Source of the DNA: Azolla caroliniana
Taxonomy: Eukaryota; Plantae; Polypodiophyta
DNA: 64,000 bases
Assembly: GCA_043228905.1 (NCBI GenBank)
Contig: JBHGNT010000005.1
Location: 22,258,001 to 22,322,000, forward strand
Direction of reading: 5' to 3'
The notes under the pieces are model-generated. The model ran no database searches, was not told where the DNA came from, and was given only the letters and a program-made list of their open reading frames with translations. How positions within the stretch are numbered: position 1 is the first letter of the stretch; each line of letters begins with the position of its first letter. Position numbers and translations under genes: made by a program. Below are positions 1 through 10,863 of this stretch, one piece after another.

Positions 1-367
1 AGGACATTATGGATGAGCTTGAAGATACGGATGATGAATGTGATAGTGCATAGAGTCTTAAGCATTTCGAAGCATTACTTAGAAGTTAGAAGTTAGAACC
101 TAGAATTTAGAAATTACAATATAACGGCTCATAATCGCTTTAATTAAAACTTTTCTTTCTTATGTTAGTGTGATTTTGAAGACCTTCCATTTTTCTATAA
201 ATTGGTGATTTTTCCTTTTTTTTTTGAGTGAATTGAATAATTTTTATTATATAAATTTATTTTCCATAAACGAATGGTTTTATAATATTCTTGGAGCAAT
301 TTTATATTCTCGAATACTACGAATATTGCGGATGTCGAATACCACGCATATCACGCATGCTTCAATC

Positions 368-371
<4 letters not shown>
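1..371. mobile_element. Right end of a probable hAT-like DNA transposon
   Basis: Acidic tail and stop near 1-53, then CGAAT/CGCAT subterminal repeats ending ...gcatgcttcaatctatg before a (TA)n run. Positions 283-371 resemble 52336-52423. Confidence 0.4.
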
Positions 372-398
<27 letters not shown>

Positions 399-599
399 GT
401 TTGTAATCAAGTAGATAAATGTGTGAATGTGTGTGAGTGCAAAATATGTATGGTACATGTTTATGAGGGAAATGTAAATTTGTGCTCGCATTTGTTTGCG
501 ATTGAGGTTTGCTATTTCTACATGAATTAGTCTATGGGAAAAGGAATATTTGTATTTATGTATGAGATGTTTAGGTGTGGTTGTGTGTGCCAATTTCTA

Positions 600-1605
600 G
601 GTGATATTATATATTTAGGAGTGGTTGTTTGAGAAGTGCATTGGAAGGTACGAAAAGGGTATTTAGGGAAATTAGTCCTCATCCTTTGACTAGTGGGTAG
701 AAAGTTGATTTGTTTGCCAAAGTTTGGAGCAAATAAGAAAAAAGAAAAGAAAAGAAAGGGTAGAGGAATAAGAAAAAAGGGGAGAGAAAAAGGTAGAGAG
801 AGAAGAGGAGAGAGAAAGAAAGAAAGAAAGAAAGAAAGGTGGAGGAGAACGTTTGATGAGGAGAACGTTCCAATTTCTCACCCAGAATCAGGATTCTTAA
901 AAATCTGGCATGTAGCTTGTGTTGAATTCTTCTCATCGACAATGTAAATGATCAATGTGGTAAGCTTCGGAGGGATATCCATTAGATGACTTCGTTGCTT
1001 CTTATAGTAGGTGGTCTCTAACACCCTCTTGATTTGTGAGTCTAAGCTTGTCCGAAATTTCAACTATGCTTCCACCTTGATCCCCTTACAATGAGCTCTC
1101 CTCTCACTTTTATAGGTCTCTGGAGCACCTCATGCAAATAAAAATGAGATTTTTTAGCACCCACACCTCGTTTTCTCACCTTTGCATGCAATCCTTTTCC
1201 TTGAGCGCTAGGAGCACCTCATGCAAATAAAAATAGTAGTCTTTTTTAGCATGCACACCTTTTCCTTGAGCGCTTGGTGTAAGCAAAATGCTGGTGTCCA
1301 TGACCATCCATTTGCATTCTTCTAATTGGTATTCACTTGATCTCTCGTAGTTTAAACAAGACTTGAACCCTTAAAACTTACACTTTTAGTATAAGCTCTT
1401 GATGATTGAGCTATGACCTCTTGTTGTCTTTAAGTTCATCCAACCCTTAAACTTTTGTCTTAGTGTAAGCTCTTGATGATTGAATTTTTGTTGTCTTTGA
1501 GTTCATCTTATCATATGACCTATTTATACTTTTTTCCTACCCTTCAATCTTTTATCTATATCTAGTTTAATCCATTTCCTCATGCATGCACCTCACATCA
1601 CAACA
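600..1605 (-). mobile_element. LTR-like sequence (solo or 5' LTR) interrupting the CACTA remnant
   Basis: Minus strand starts TGTTGTGATG at 1605. TATA context agagaccTATAAAA..N17..TGTAAGGGG (1082-1121) matches 56977-57016. Contains a tRNA-like A/B cassette at 1360-1413. Left boundary not resolved. Confidence 0.45.
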
Positions 1606-2728
1606 CCGTGTAGAAGTTGATTATATTCATTTATGAGAGAACGAACACATGATCGTGTAGAAGTTGATGGTGTGTCTGTCTATCCACTAGGTTTGAGGTC
1701 GTATCAGAACTCGATTGGTTACGACTTCTTGCACACCTTTGGTACATTCTAACAAAAGAAAACAAGATATATCGAGAAATTATTGTGACTAAAATATAAC
1801 AAAAGTTTTCTAAAATACAAACCTTTCACCCCGACACAACAACACAATTTACAGTTAAAAATTAAGGCTCAAGTAAAGAAAAAACGCAATAAATTATGCA
1901 CTTACCTAGAATTTGTGGATTGGGGCCAAGCAAGATGTGGTGTTTGAATTGCCATGGTCTAGGGAAGTACCCACGACTAAAGCTTTGGGTGTTCTTTGTG
2001 AGGTGATGGTTTTGGCTCTAGTGGCTATGAATGAGTTGTTGTTCTAGTAGGTGTTGGCAATGACATCCAAGAAACACTTAGTTGTAATTGGTCGACACAT
2101 TTATGAAGGTCATCGTACTCAAGCATCGCAAGAGAGATATGTGTAATGTCATATCCTCCTTGGTATAACCCAACACCATCATGAAATTTCATGTAGAGAA
2201 TAGAACGGTTGGGATGGTTTATGGTAATTCCTCAAGGTACGGCTCCATATTTACCTAAAACACATATGAAAATGATTTTAGTGTGTATGTGTGTCCATGA
2301 ATGTATAATGATTGTATGAACTTGTATGAATGTATGATGGAATATGTGTGTGCAATGCGTAAGATTATATGAATGTATATAAGTTAGAATGTATATGTGT
2401 ATGTGTAGGATTGAATAAGTGCATATGAATGTGTATAAATGTTTGAATGCATGTGTGTATATGATTGATTAAAGGTTTGTATGAATGTGTAAAAATGATT
2501 GAATGTGTTTGTATGACTATATGAATGTGGATATAATTGAATAAGTGTGTGTGTGTGTGTGTGTGTGTGATTATATGCGTCTAATATCTTGTGTGTGTGG
2601 ACATGTTTTAGGGTGGAAACGTTGCATAAATTGTGTAGGCGTCGCTTAATGACACATGCTATTTGCATTGTTGTGCGACATGTTTTGCAAAAAATATGGC
2701 GTCGTTAAAGCCCTTATTTGTTGTAGTG
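1606..2728 (-). mobile_element. CACTA (CMC-EnSpm) transposon terminus with decayed exons
   Basis: Reverse complement of 2701-2728 reads CACTACAACAAATAAGGGCTTTAACGAC. Subterminal GTCGCT/GCGAC/GTCGTT motifs at 2640-2710. Exon-like minus-strand block at about 1907-2254 with AG/GT borders. Partner TIR not found. Confidence 0.65.
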
Positions 2729-2879
2729 AACTAAGGTACGATCCATGTCCAAACTTGGTGGTATGAGACACATACAAGGGGGACTTGGATCCGTTTGTTA
2801 CCTCCACTAGGGGGTGGTCAAGTAGTCTAGAACCCTTTCTTCCTTATTTTCTCCTTAATTTTGTTGAACATTAATTTAG

Positions 2880-3640
2880 ATTATTACAATTTACCTTGGC
2901 ATGTATACTAACATCATCTAAAACCAATATTTCTATATCCTCAGATGTTGTCTATATTTCCTCTATCTCTATTGAAAATGAATGCTGACTCGATTGTTTA
3001 CCATGGTCGTCACATTTGGCTTTAGTATTTTCTTTCTCTTTTTTCTTTATGGCACATCAATCTTTCTTAAAATGCCCTTTTTATGATAATAATTACATTC
3101 AACATTTTTCTTTGTAGATTTGCTTCTACTCCTATCATTTCCATTATTGTTTCTAGTTTGATTTTTACTAGGTTGTTGGTTCTTGCGATAGCCAACCTCA
3201 TAAACATTATATGCATCTCTATTATATGAGGCAACAATGGTCTTCTTGTATGCCTACAACTAATGAAATATACTTTGTTTGAAACTCATTTAAATGGGTA
3301 GCCACATTATTAGTGTACATACTTCGTGCAAAGATAATAAAGCTTCCTTATGAAATATACTTGGTTTAATGTAGTCTCCTTCTCATAAGCATTGCACAAC
3401 ATTGCCTATAATTTCGTTGCAGATTCACGGTCTAAAACCGTGAAATATACAATGTCCGCCAAATACAATTTTATAGTGGAGATGACAATGAGATCAAGCT
3501 CTTCCCAAACTTCATTAGTCATCCCTTGAGGTCTCTTGGATTCCCACCAAACCCAAGGGGCTCAACTGGCTCCTTTGAATCCATATATCACACATTTGAT
3601 TCTTCCATAAGGAAAAATTAGATTTGTCAAACTTATGGGA
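2880..3640 (-). pseudogene. Ty1/Copia gag remnant (Tnt1-like)
   Basis: Manual translation gives KFDKSNFSLWKNQMCDIWIQ, EVWEELDLIVISTIKLYLADIVYFTVLD and a degenerate zinc knuckle RSRSKSTKKNVECNYYHKKGHFKKD, collinear with Copia gag. Contains stops and frameshifts. Confidence 0.75.
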
Positions 3641-4056
3641 TCTCAAGGTGTTTCTTTTCCATGCATCCAATAGTTTCTATTGGAATCAAGAGAATTGCCA
3701 CATAAAGCACTCAAAACCTCGGACATTTCAGAAGTTATTGGAATGGAAAGAAAATTGCTTAACCGCAACCTTGAACTCCTAACGACGATTGGGATACACA
3801 AACTAGCCAATTTTCAGCCTAACTATCACCAAGTCTATGAAACTACATATACCCGAAACACCACCTTGTGCGTATACCACTCAATATTCAACGATGGCAT
3901 TTGGCATGCATCTTCCATGTTACTATTTTAGTGCCAATAGGCATTCACTAAGGGCATCTAGGATGCATCTTCTATGTCACGAACTCAATGCAAATAGACA
4001 TTCACTTAGCTATGGGCTCGGTTTTCGGCTCAAACCAAACTAAACGGTTTACAGTA

Positions 4057-4362
4057 TCAAAAAGCATATATGGTTTGGTTTGGTTTCGGATATTAGCTGA
4101 AGGTTTGGTTTCAGTTCGGTTTGATTTTTGAATTTTACTGTTCATAAGTTTATAAATGTATCAGTTCCGGTTTATGTGGTTCGGTTTGTGAAGACTGCAG
4201 TGTCAACAAGAGAGTTCAAAATGCATATATGGTTTGGTTTGGTTTCGGATATTAGCTGAAGGTTTGGTTTCAGTTCGGTTTGATTTTTGAATTGTACTGT
4301 TCATAAGTTTATAAATGTATCAGTTCCGGTTTATGTGGTTCGGTTTGTGAAGACTGCAGTGT
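4057..4362. repeat. 159-bp tandem duplication in the hAT left subterminal region
   Basis: 4064-4203 is nearly identical to 4223-4362. Confidence 0.9.
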
Positions 4363-5230
4363 GAAGGAGAGTTGTGAAGGTCGATTCTCCCTCTGCCACA
4401 TGCGTGCAGGAACGATTCTGCTCCCTCCTTTCCCTCTGCATGCAACATGCCATCTCCCTCTTCCTGAGAAGATCAAATCTTCTTGTGCTTCTCCCGTGTT
4501 TCCCTTGTTTTTGCCATCGCTTGCATCTTCAGGACTTCAAGGTATGCTTTCTCTTTCCTCCTCCTCTTCCTCTTCATATGTTGTTGCGTTCTCTTGATCT
4601 TCATAGGTACAGATGAGTGTGGTATTGAAGGAGGTGTGGTGGTTAGGCTACCAACAAGCCAGATGAGTTTCCTGCACAACTCAATAAGATAATGTGGAAA
4701 AAATGTTAAAAGAACTTTGTGAAACAAAACAAAACAAAACAAAACAAGAAAGAAACATATCTCATGTTAGGAAGTGTGATCTTGTTTGCTTAACCAATTT
4801 GTTCTCTCAATTGTTGTACATTTGCTAACATTTGTGGCCATTTGTAACTTGTTCTATAAAAATAGCTCCCATAAATTTTACTTATGAAACTGTCTTATGA
4901 ATCATGACTCTATTCGTCCCATTGATATACGTTGTACTCTTATGACTGTATATATACTTTTGTTAGGATCTTTGTTATAAGGAATTTGATGGGATGTTAA
5001 ATTGTTCTCAACTGCATGCTTATATGTAAAGCAATCATGCAATGAGGTTCTCTTATGAGCATACACAGATAACTATGACTAGAGTTTCAAAGTTTAGAGA
5101 ATAACTTATGTTTTCCTCTCACTAAGAAATCATGGGATAGGCTTCTCTTATGAGCATACACATTATCTACAGTGGTTCAAGGTTTAGAGAATAAGTCATG
5201 TTGTCTTACTGACCCATAGTTGTAACTTTA

Positions 5231-7654
5231 TTAAGGAAAATCAGTCTTGCGGCATGTCCAGGGGTTGATGAAATTCCAAGGACTTTCTTCGACATATTCT
5301 GGGACGCAATCTCTGATACAACTGCGAAAGGCTTCCAGGAAATGTGGAGCACCAAACACATGCCATAGTGCAGAGGGGATGATCTACTTGATCCCCAAAG
5401 GAACAGGAAAAACGCAAAATATTCAAAATTGGAGGCCTATTGCTATTCTCATCATGATTTATAAGATCTATGCTAACATCTTGGCACAGAGAATTAAAAG
5501 CTTCATGCCTGATCTTATCCAGATTAACCAGACAGGTTTTATGTTGGATATATCAATCATCGATAATGTCTTGACTTTCTGGGAAGCTCTGGCAGTTGCA
5601 CGATCTAATAATCAAAACGTTGTTTGCTTAATGTTGGACTTTGAAAAGGCGTATGACAGGGTTGACTGAACCTTCCCCGAAAAGGTTATGGAAGCCCTAG
5701 GGATCCCTGCACCATGAATTGGTGCTGCAAAACCACTCTACAGAAACGGATCAAGTAGCCTCTTGCTGACTGGAAGAAAAAGGGCAAGGTTTCACCTCAC
5801 ATGATTGGTGAGGCAAGGCTGCCCATTAGCCCCCTTCCTTTTCCTCTTTATCTCTGAAGCAATGTCCGCCTACTTGAATAAGTCTGCAACACTTCCAAAA
5901 GGACTCTCGATCCCCAATTGCAAACAGGATCTGATTGATTCAGAGTTTGCAGGTGATACCATCCTTTTCTTGCATGGCTCCACCTCTAACCTTAACAAAG
6001 CAAAGGACATGTTAGAAACCTTCTATAGGGTGTCACGCACAAAAGTCAACTGGAATAAGTCTAAGGGCTTCAGGATGAGCTCACATGGATGCCTCGTTAA
6101 TCCTTGGAACCCCATTAAAGGCTTCCAATGGATTCCAGGGGTTCAATAGTCAAGTACCTTGGTTTTTCAATTGGAATCGACCTTGATAAAAGCCTGCAGC
6201 TGGATCACGTGAAGAAAAAAGTGTTTAAAAAGTTGAATGCCTGGTCTAAATCTAACCTATCTTTGGCTGACCGCATTTTGGTGGTCAATCAAGTCATGCT
6301 AGCCACCATATGGCACAACCTCAACTGTTGGATCTGGGACAGAACAAGTCTTCGATTAATCAAAGTGGCCATCAGAGGATACTTATGGGCGGGACAAGTC
6401 AAAGATAAAACTATAGCAAGGATCTCCTGGGATAGACTAGTTCTCCTGAAGATGGCGGGCTGGGTCTAATTGACCCTGAAATGCAGTGTCAAGCGCTCTT
6501 AGGAAAACTCCTGGTTCACAGCCTTTTACCAGGGAAAGAGGTATAGAAATGCTTTATCCGCAACCGCTTTGCAGTGTGGACTCCCAGGAGCAGTGGGCCG
6601 TGGACCCCCTCAGCACTATGGATTTTTAGTCTAGCCTGCACACCGAAGCGACCCCCTGCATTGGATGACTGAATCATCTACTCACTCATGGCGGCATGGA
6701 ACAGTGAAAAGGCAGTTCTTCACCTATACTATGGGCATAGGAAGGTGCCTACTACAAAACCTGGTAACTAAAACCCCAGTTAAAAATAGGTGTGCATCAC
6801 AAAGCGTACCTGACTTCTTCTTGCATAGGTTTTGGGAGAAACTATGGATTACCGATCTCCCCCAAAAAACGAAGTCATTTTTCTGGCTGCTCAGCCATCG
6901 TGACCTTCCTACTGGGGAATGGAACAACAAACCTGGATTGGACCCAACTTGCTGCTTGTGTGGTGAAGCGGCTGAATCACCTCAGCACTGTTTGTGGTCT
7001 TGTGTACAGACACAGGAAATATGGAAGTGAAGTTTACGGATACTAGCTCGTAGCGGAGGTTATGGAGAGGTCTCATGGGCGGCGGCCCACTGGCTCACGA
7101 CGAACCAGGAATCATGTTTTCCCCAATTCATCGAATCGCCCCCCTTCATGCAACTGGAGCAACGAACTATTAGCGACAACCGATTCTCCATCCTGGTCAC
7201 AATCAAAGTCAGCAAAACTGAAGTCATTGTGGACCATACTTGCAGGTCTAACAACATGGCATGTATGGAAGCCTATCCCGCGAGTAGAGGTGGTCATGGA
7301 ACATTGGGATCACCTCATCACCTTCCTTGGTGGGTCATATGAAGATATTCAAGGCAAAACGGACTGAGCATCCAGGACAACGGGCAACCTTCATTTTGAA
7401 ATGGAGTGGAATGACGATGTTGCGATTGCAAGGCGACAATATACAATGGTGCTATCTCACGCTGCAATGGCTCTTCCCACCGAGGACTCCCCCCATGCTA
7501 CATTCCCCCACCATCCATGGACTGAAGAAGGATCCCTCTAGTTTAGAGTTAATCGAAGCCAGGGAGCTCTATATGAGGCCTGGCCTTTGTACATATGATA
7601 TCTCCTGTATTTCTTCCTAACTAATGGGTAGCATATTTTATTTGGAAAAAAAAA
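5231..7654 (+). mobile_element. 5'-truncated, internally deleted L1-clade LINE (ORF2 RT and C-terminus)
   Basis: RT motifs NWRPI, LDFEKAYDRV, RQGCPLAPFLF, FAGD (degenerate YADD), KYLG, and a zf-RVT-type CCLC..H..W. Ends in taactaatg..tttgg plus poly-A at 7646-7654. Possible short TSD aacttta. Confidence 0.9.
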
Positions 7655-8455
7655 CTTTAATCAATGGTGATTAATAATCACCATTATTGCCATAGTAAAA
7701 AGAAACTAATCTAGGAAAAGCTTCTCATGACCGTTCTCTTGCTATATTTGACACAAAAATGACCTTCTTTCAACCTAGAATAATAACAAACATTGAGGAG
7801 CATGTATGAGTTATTTTTGCGTTAATAAAGTTGAGAAATTACGACATGTTGGGTTGCAATGAAATGTTTCTTATTGCAATGGAGTTGTGTGGATAAGCCA
7901 CTTAGTGCCTTAACTAGATGATATAGCTAGCCTATAAAATCAACCTTTTTATTTATTTTTCATATTGAATGCGTGGAGTAGTTTTTATCAAAATAAAAAA
8001 CACATTTGTTTGAGGAATTTGGTAATTGGCCATTAATTGAACATGTGGTTCTTTCAAGATATGTGGACACTCAATTTAATTTCTACAGGTATACATGTAT
8101 ATTGAGTACTAATGAAACCTTTATTACCACTTTTCTCACCATGGAAACTTAACATTAGGCAAGTTTTGAAAGAGAATTAGAAGAAAGCAACAAAAGTTGA
8201 AGGCAAATGTTGAAATGTAAGGAAAGGCATACAAATGTTTAGGGATTGAACTACAAGATAGAATATGAATGTTATTAATGTTCGTTGGTCAACATGAATG
8301 GGTAATATATGTAATGAATGTGCACATGTTAAACACAATAAGGGAATTAGTAATGAAATTGTATTTGATTGTTATATAAGGCAAGCTTCTAACATACATA
8401 CAAAACAAATTCATCTATTTAATATAACTAAAATAGGCGGGGGCCTGACAGAGCG

Positions 8456-10863
8456 ATGGCGAGGAGCAGGAGCAGAGAATGGCGTGAAGAGGAAATGGCG
8501 AGCAGGAGCAAGAGCAGGAGCAGAGAATGGTGTGAAGAGGAAATGGCGAGTAGGAACAGGAGCACGGTGAGGAGCGCTCGCGTTGGATAGTTGTGTGTCG
8601 TTGTCCAAGATCTCGCGCAACGGCTATCGCAGGAGGGAGTCTCGGCCGCTCGTCAGTGGTTGTCGGCTACACAGAGGGCATTGAATGAGTCCCCTACCCC
8701 TACAATGTCAGGGAATCACTTTGAGGAGATGTTGTGAGGTAGGGAAGATGTGGAAAGTGAATGACGTTGTTCCTACAAAAGGAAAGGCTTCCTCCCATCG
8801 TCCTCGTTGGCCTTCGCTTCCCTTGCGGCAACAAACCTCTCGTCGGATCGCACGCTTGAGATCAGGACAACCAGGGAAGGCACTGGACAGGTCTACAACA
8901 TTGGAGGCTAGAACATTAGGAAGGCGCCACATGCTCATGCCACATTCCCCAATCAACGAGTGCGACGACAATCTTTAGGAGATGGATATCCTCAACCTTC
9001 CTCCAATGGACATAGTTGGAATAGGTATGGATTCGTACCCCCCAGCTGAAATACTAGGTACAAGTATGCATCCAGACCCGCAGAATGAGGAGCAGATAGG
9101 CGGGGGGTTGACCATGGGACATTCCGAAATGAACACCAAGGAAGGCTTGGGCAATGTCATGATAGTAAAGGAGAATAATGACATTGGCCAGGTTCAAGAG
9201 AAGCAGGTGGAGGAGGGCATTGATGAAAGAAAAGGGATCGACCTTTATCTTTCTCCGGCAGAGAATCGTAGATTGATGGAAGAAGTGGGCCGTTTAAAGT
9301 GTTCATCGTTCATATGTTGGTTGTTAGGAGGATGACCAAGTAAAGGGATGTTAAGGGACATGTTGCAGGCAACCCTTTTGGATAAAATGCCGCCTATCCA
9401 GAACATTTTGAGAATGGGCCTCAACTATTACCATGTGATCTTAGAAGAAGGCCATACTGTGCAAGAGATTCTGGACCACAAATGGATTACACTGAAGTAT
9501 GGCAAAGCCATGATTTTGGAATGGAGTCCAGACTTCGATGCAAAGGAAGAGAATAAAAAAGCGGGCACACCGATGGTCATTTCAGTATGCTTCCCCCCTA
9601 CCCTTCCAACTCCACCATTTGATCCCAAAGCTCGCACACAATATAGGGGTGGTATGTACAACGAAACCTTCATTTGTAGATAAGGTAGCAGAAATGCCGA
9701 AGATGAAGGTGTTGGTTAGTGACATTAAAAAACTACCATAAGAGATTAGAGTTCACACGGAGGACTTTGGCCTAAGGGTGGTGAAGGTTGGTTATAAAGG
9801 CTTGCCGGGTCAATGCTTTGCATGTAAGGAGATGGGCCATATGGCCAAACACTGCCCTCGGTATGGGAATGCAAGAGCGGATAGGGGACAACAAGACAAC
9901 AAGTTGCCGGATATCCCAAATTCAGGGACGACAGGCCACATGGTCTTGGTTCACAATGTGAAGCAAGTAGTAAAGGAAAAAGGATGGATATCGCCGAGGA
10001 AAGTGGCCAAGCCTGGCCTCCATGGTCTTACCGGCCCACCTACAAGTGGAGGTTCCATTTCGAATAGATTTGACATCCTATCACAAATGGAACCCCACGA
10101 AGGCGAAATAATTTTAGCAACTCCATTTGATTTATTGCCACGAGTCGAGACCCACGAAACACTCGTAGAGCCCTCTTACGGCTGTGGCAGTAGATCTTCA
10201 TCAGACCTGAGAATGGTTAAGGCCTGTATTAGGAAAGGGAAGGACAAGGAAAGTGAAGTGGACATCAGGAATACTGAATCGCAAAAAATGATCGCATAGA
10301 TTGAGGGTGGAAATCCCTCGTCTGTGGGTGTTGAGTTTGTTATGTTGCAAGCATTGAGGATGCAAGATACGCAGGTACCCAAGATCGTGGTGAACATTGG
10401 TAATCCAAGGGGAAGAGTGCACGGGTGGACTAGAGCACACATGGTCCTCTTCAACAGCAACTCAGGTAGATCGAAGACTGGTTGTTCTTTTGACTTGGAG
10501 CCTGATTTGAAAGATGAAAGGGGAGAAGACTCGTCCTTGAAGTCGTTTTGTAACAGGGCATCATTATGTCTCCAATACCTTACATTTGAAAATGAGGATG
10601 TGGGGCTGCAAACATTATGGAAGAGCTCCCCAATACAAGGGGAGCTTATGGAACTTGCTCAAGATGTTCCAGTGGTTTGCATATGGAAGGTACAGGATCT
10701 AGGGCTGAAGCCTGGTTTGTTCCACTTCCATTGTGCTGAAGTACCCGAGAATCAAGAATGGAAAATAAGTATGGAGTGGGAATTTATATGGCGTATGGTA
10801 GAGACATATTTGTCGAGCATGGGAGACTCCCGCTTGGCTTTTTTTGTGAACCCAAGTCAATGA
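8456..10863 (+). pseudogene. L1 ORF1 (RS-repeat N-terminus, DUF4283-like region, CCHC zinc knuckle, extra C-terminal domain), disrupted
   Basis: ATG at 8456 gives MARSRSREWREEEMASRSKSRSRE. ORF pieces 8685-9335, 9348-9741, 9778-10299 and 10324-10863 chain together through single stops or frameshifts. Motifs ILEWSPDFD and CFACKEMGHMAKHC. Start position inferred. Confidence 0.75.

Noticed and set aside
10758-10859. ORF2 N-terminal extension from ATG 10758
   Set aside because: The APE domain starts at MRISSWNV (10860); the upstream part overlaps ORF1.
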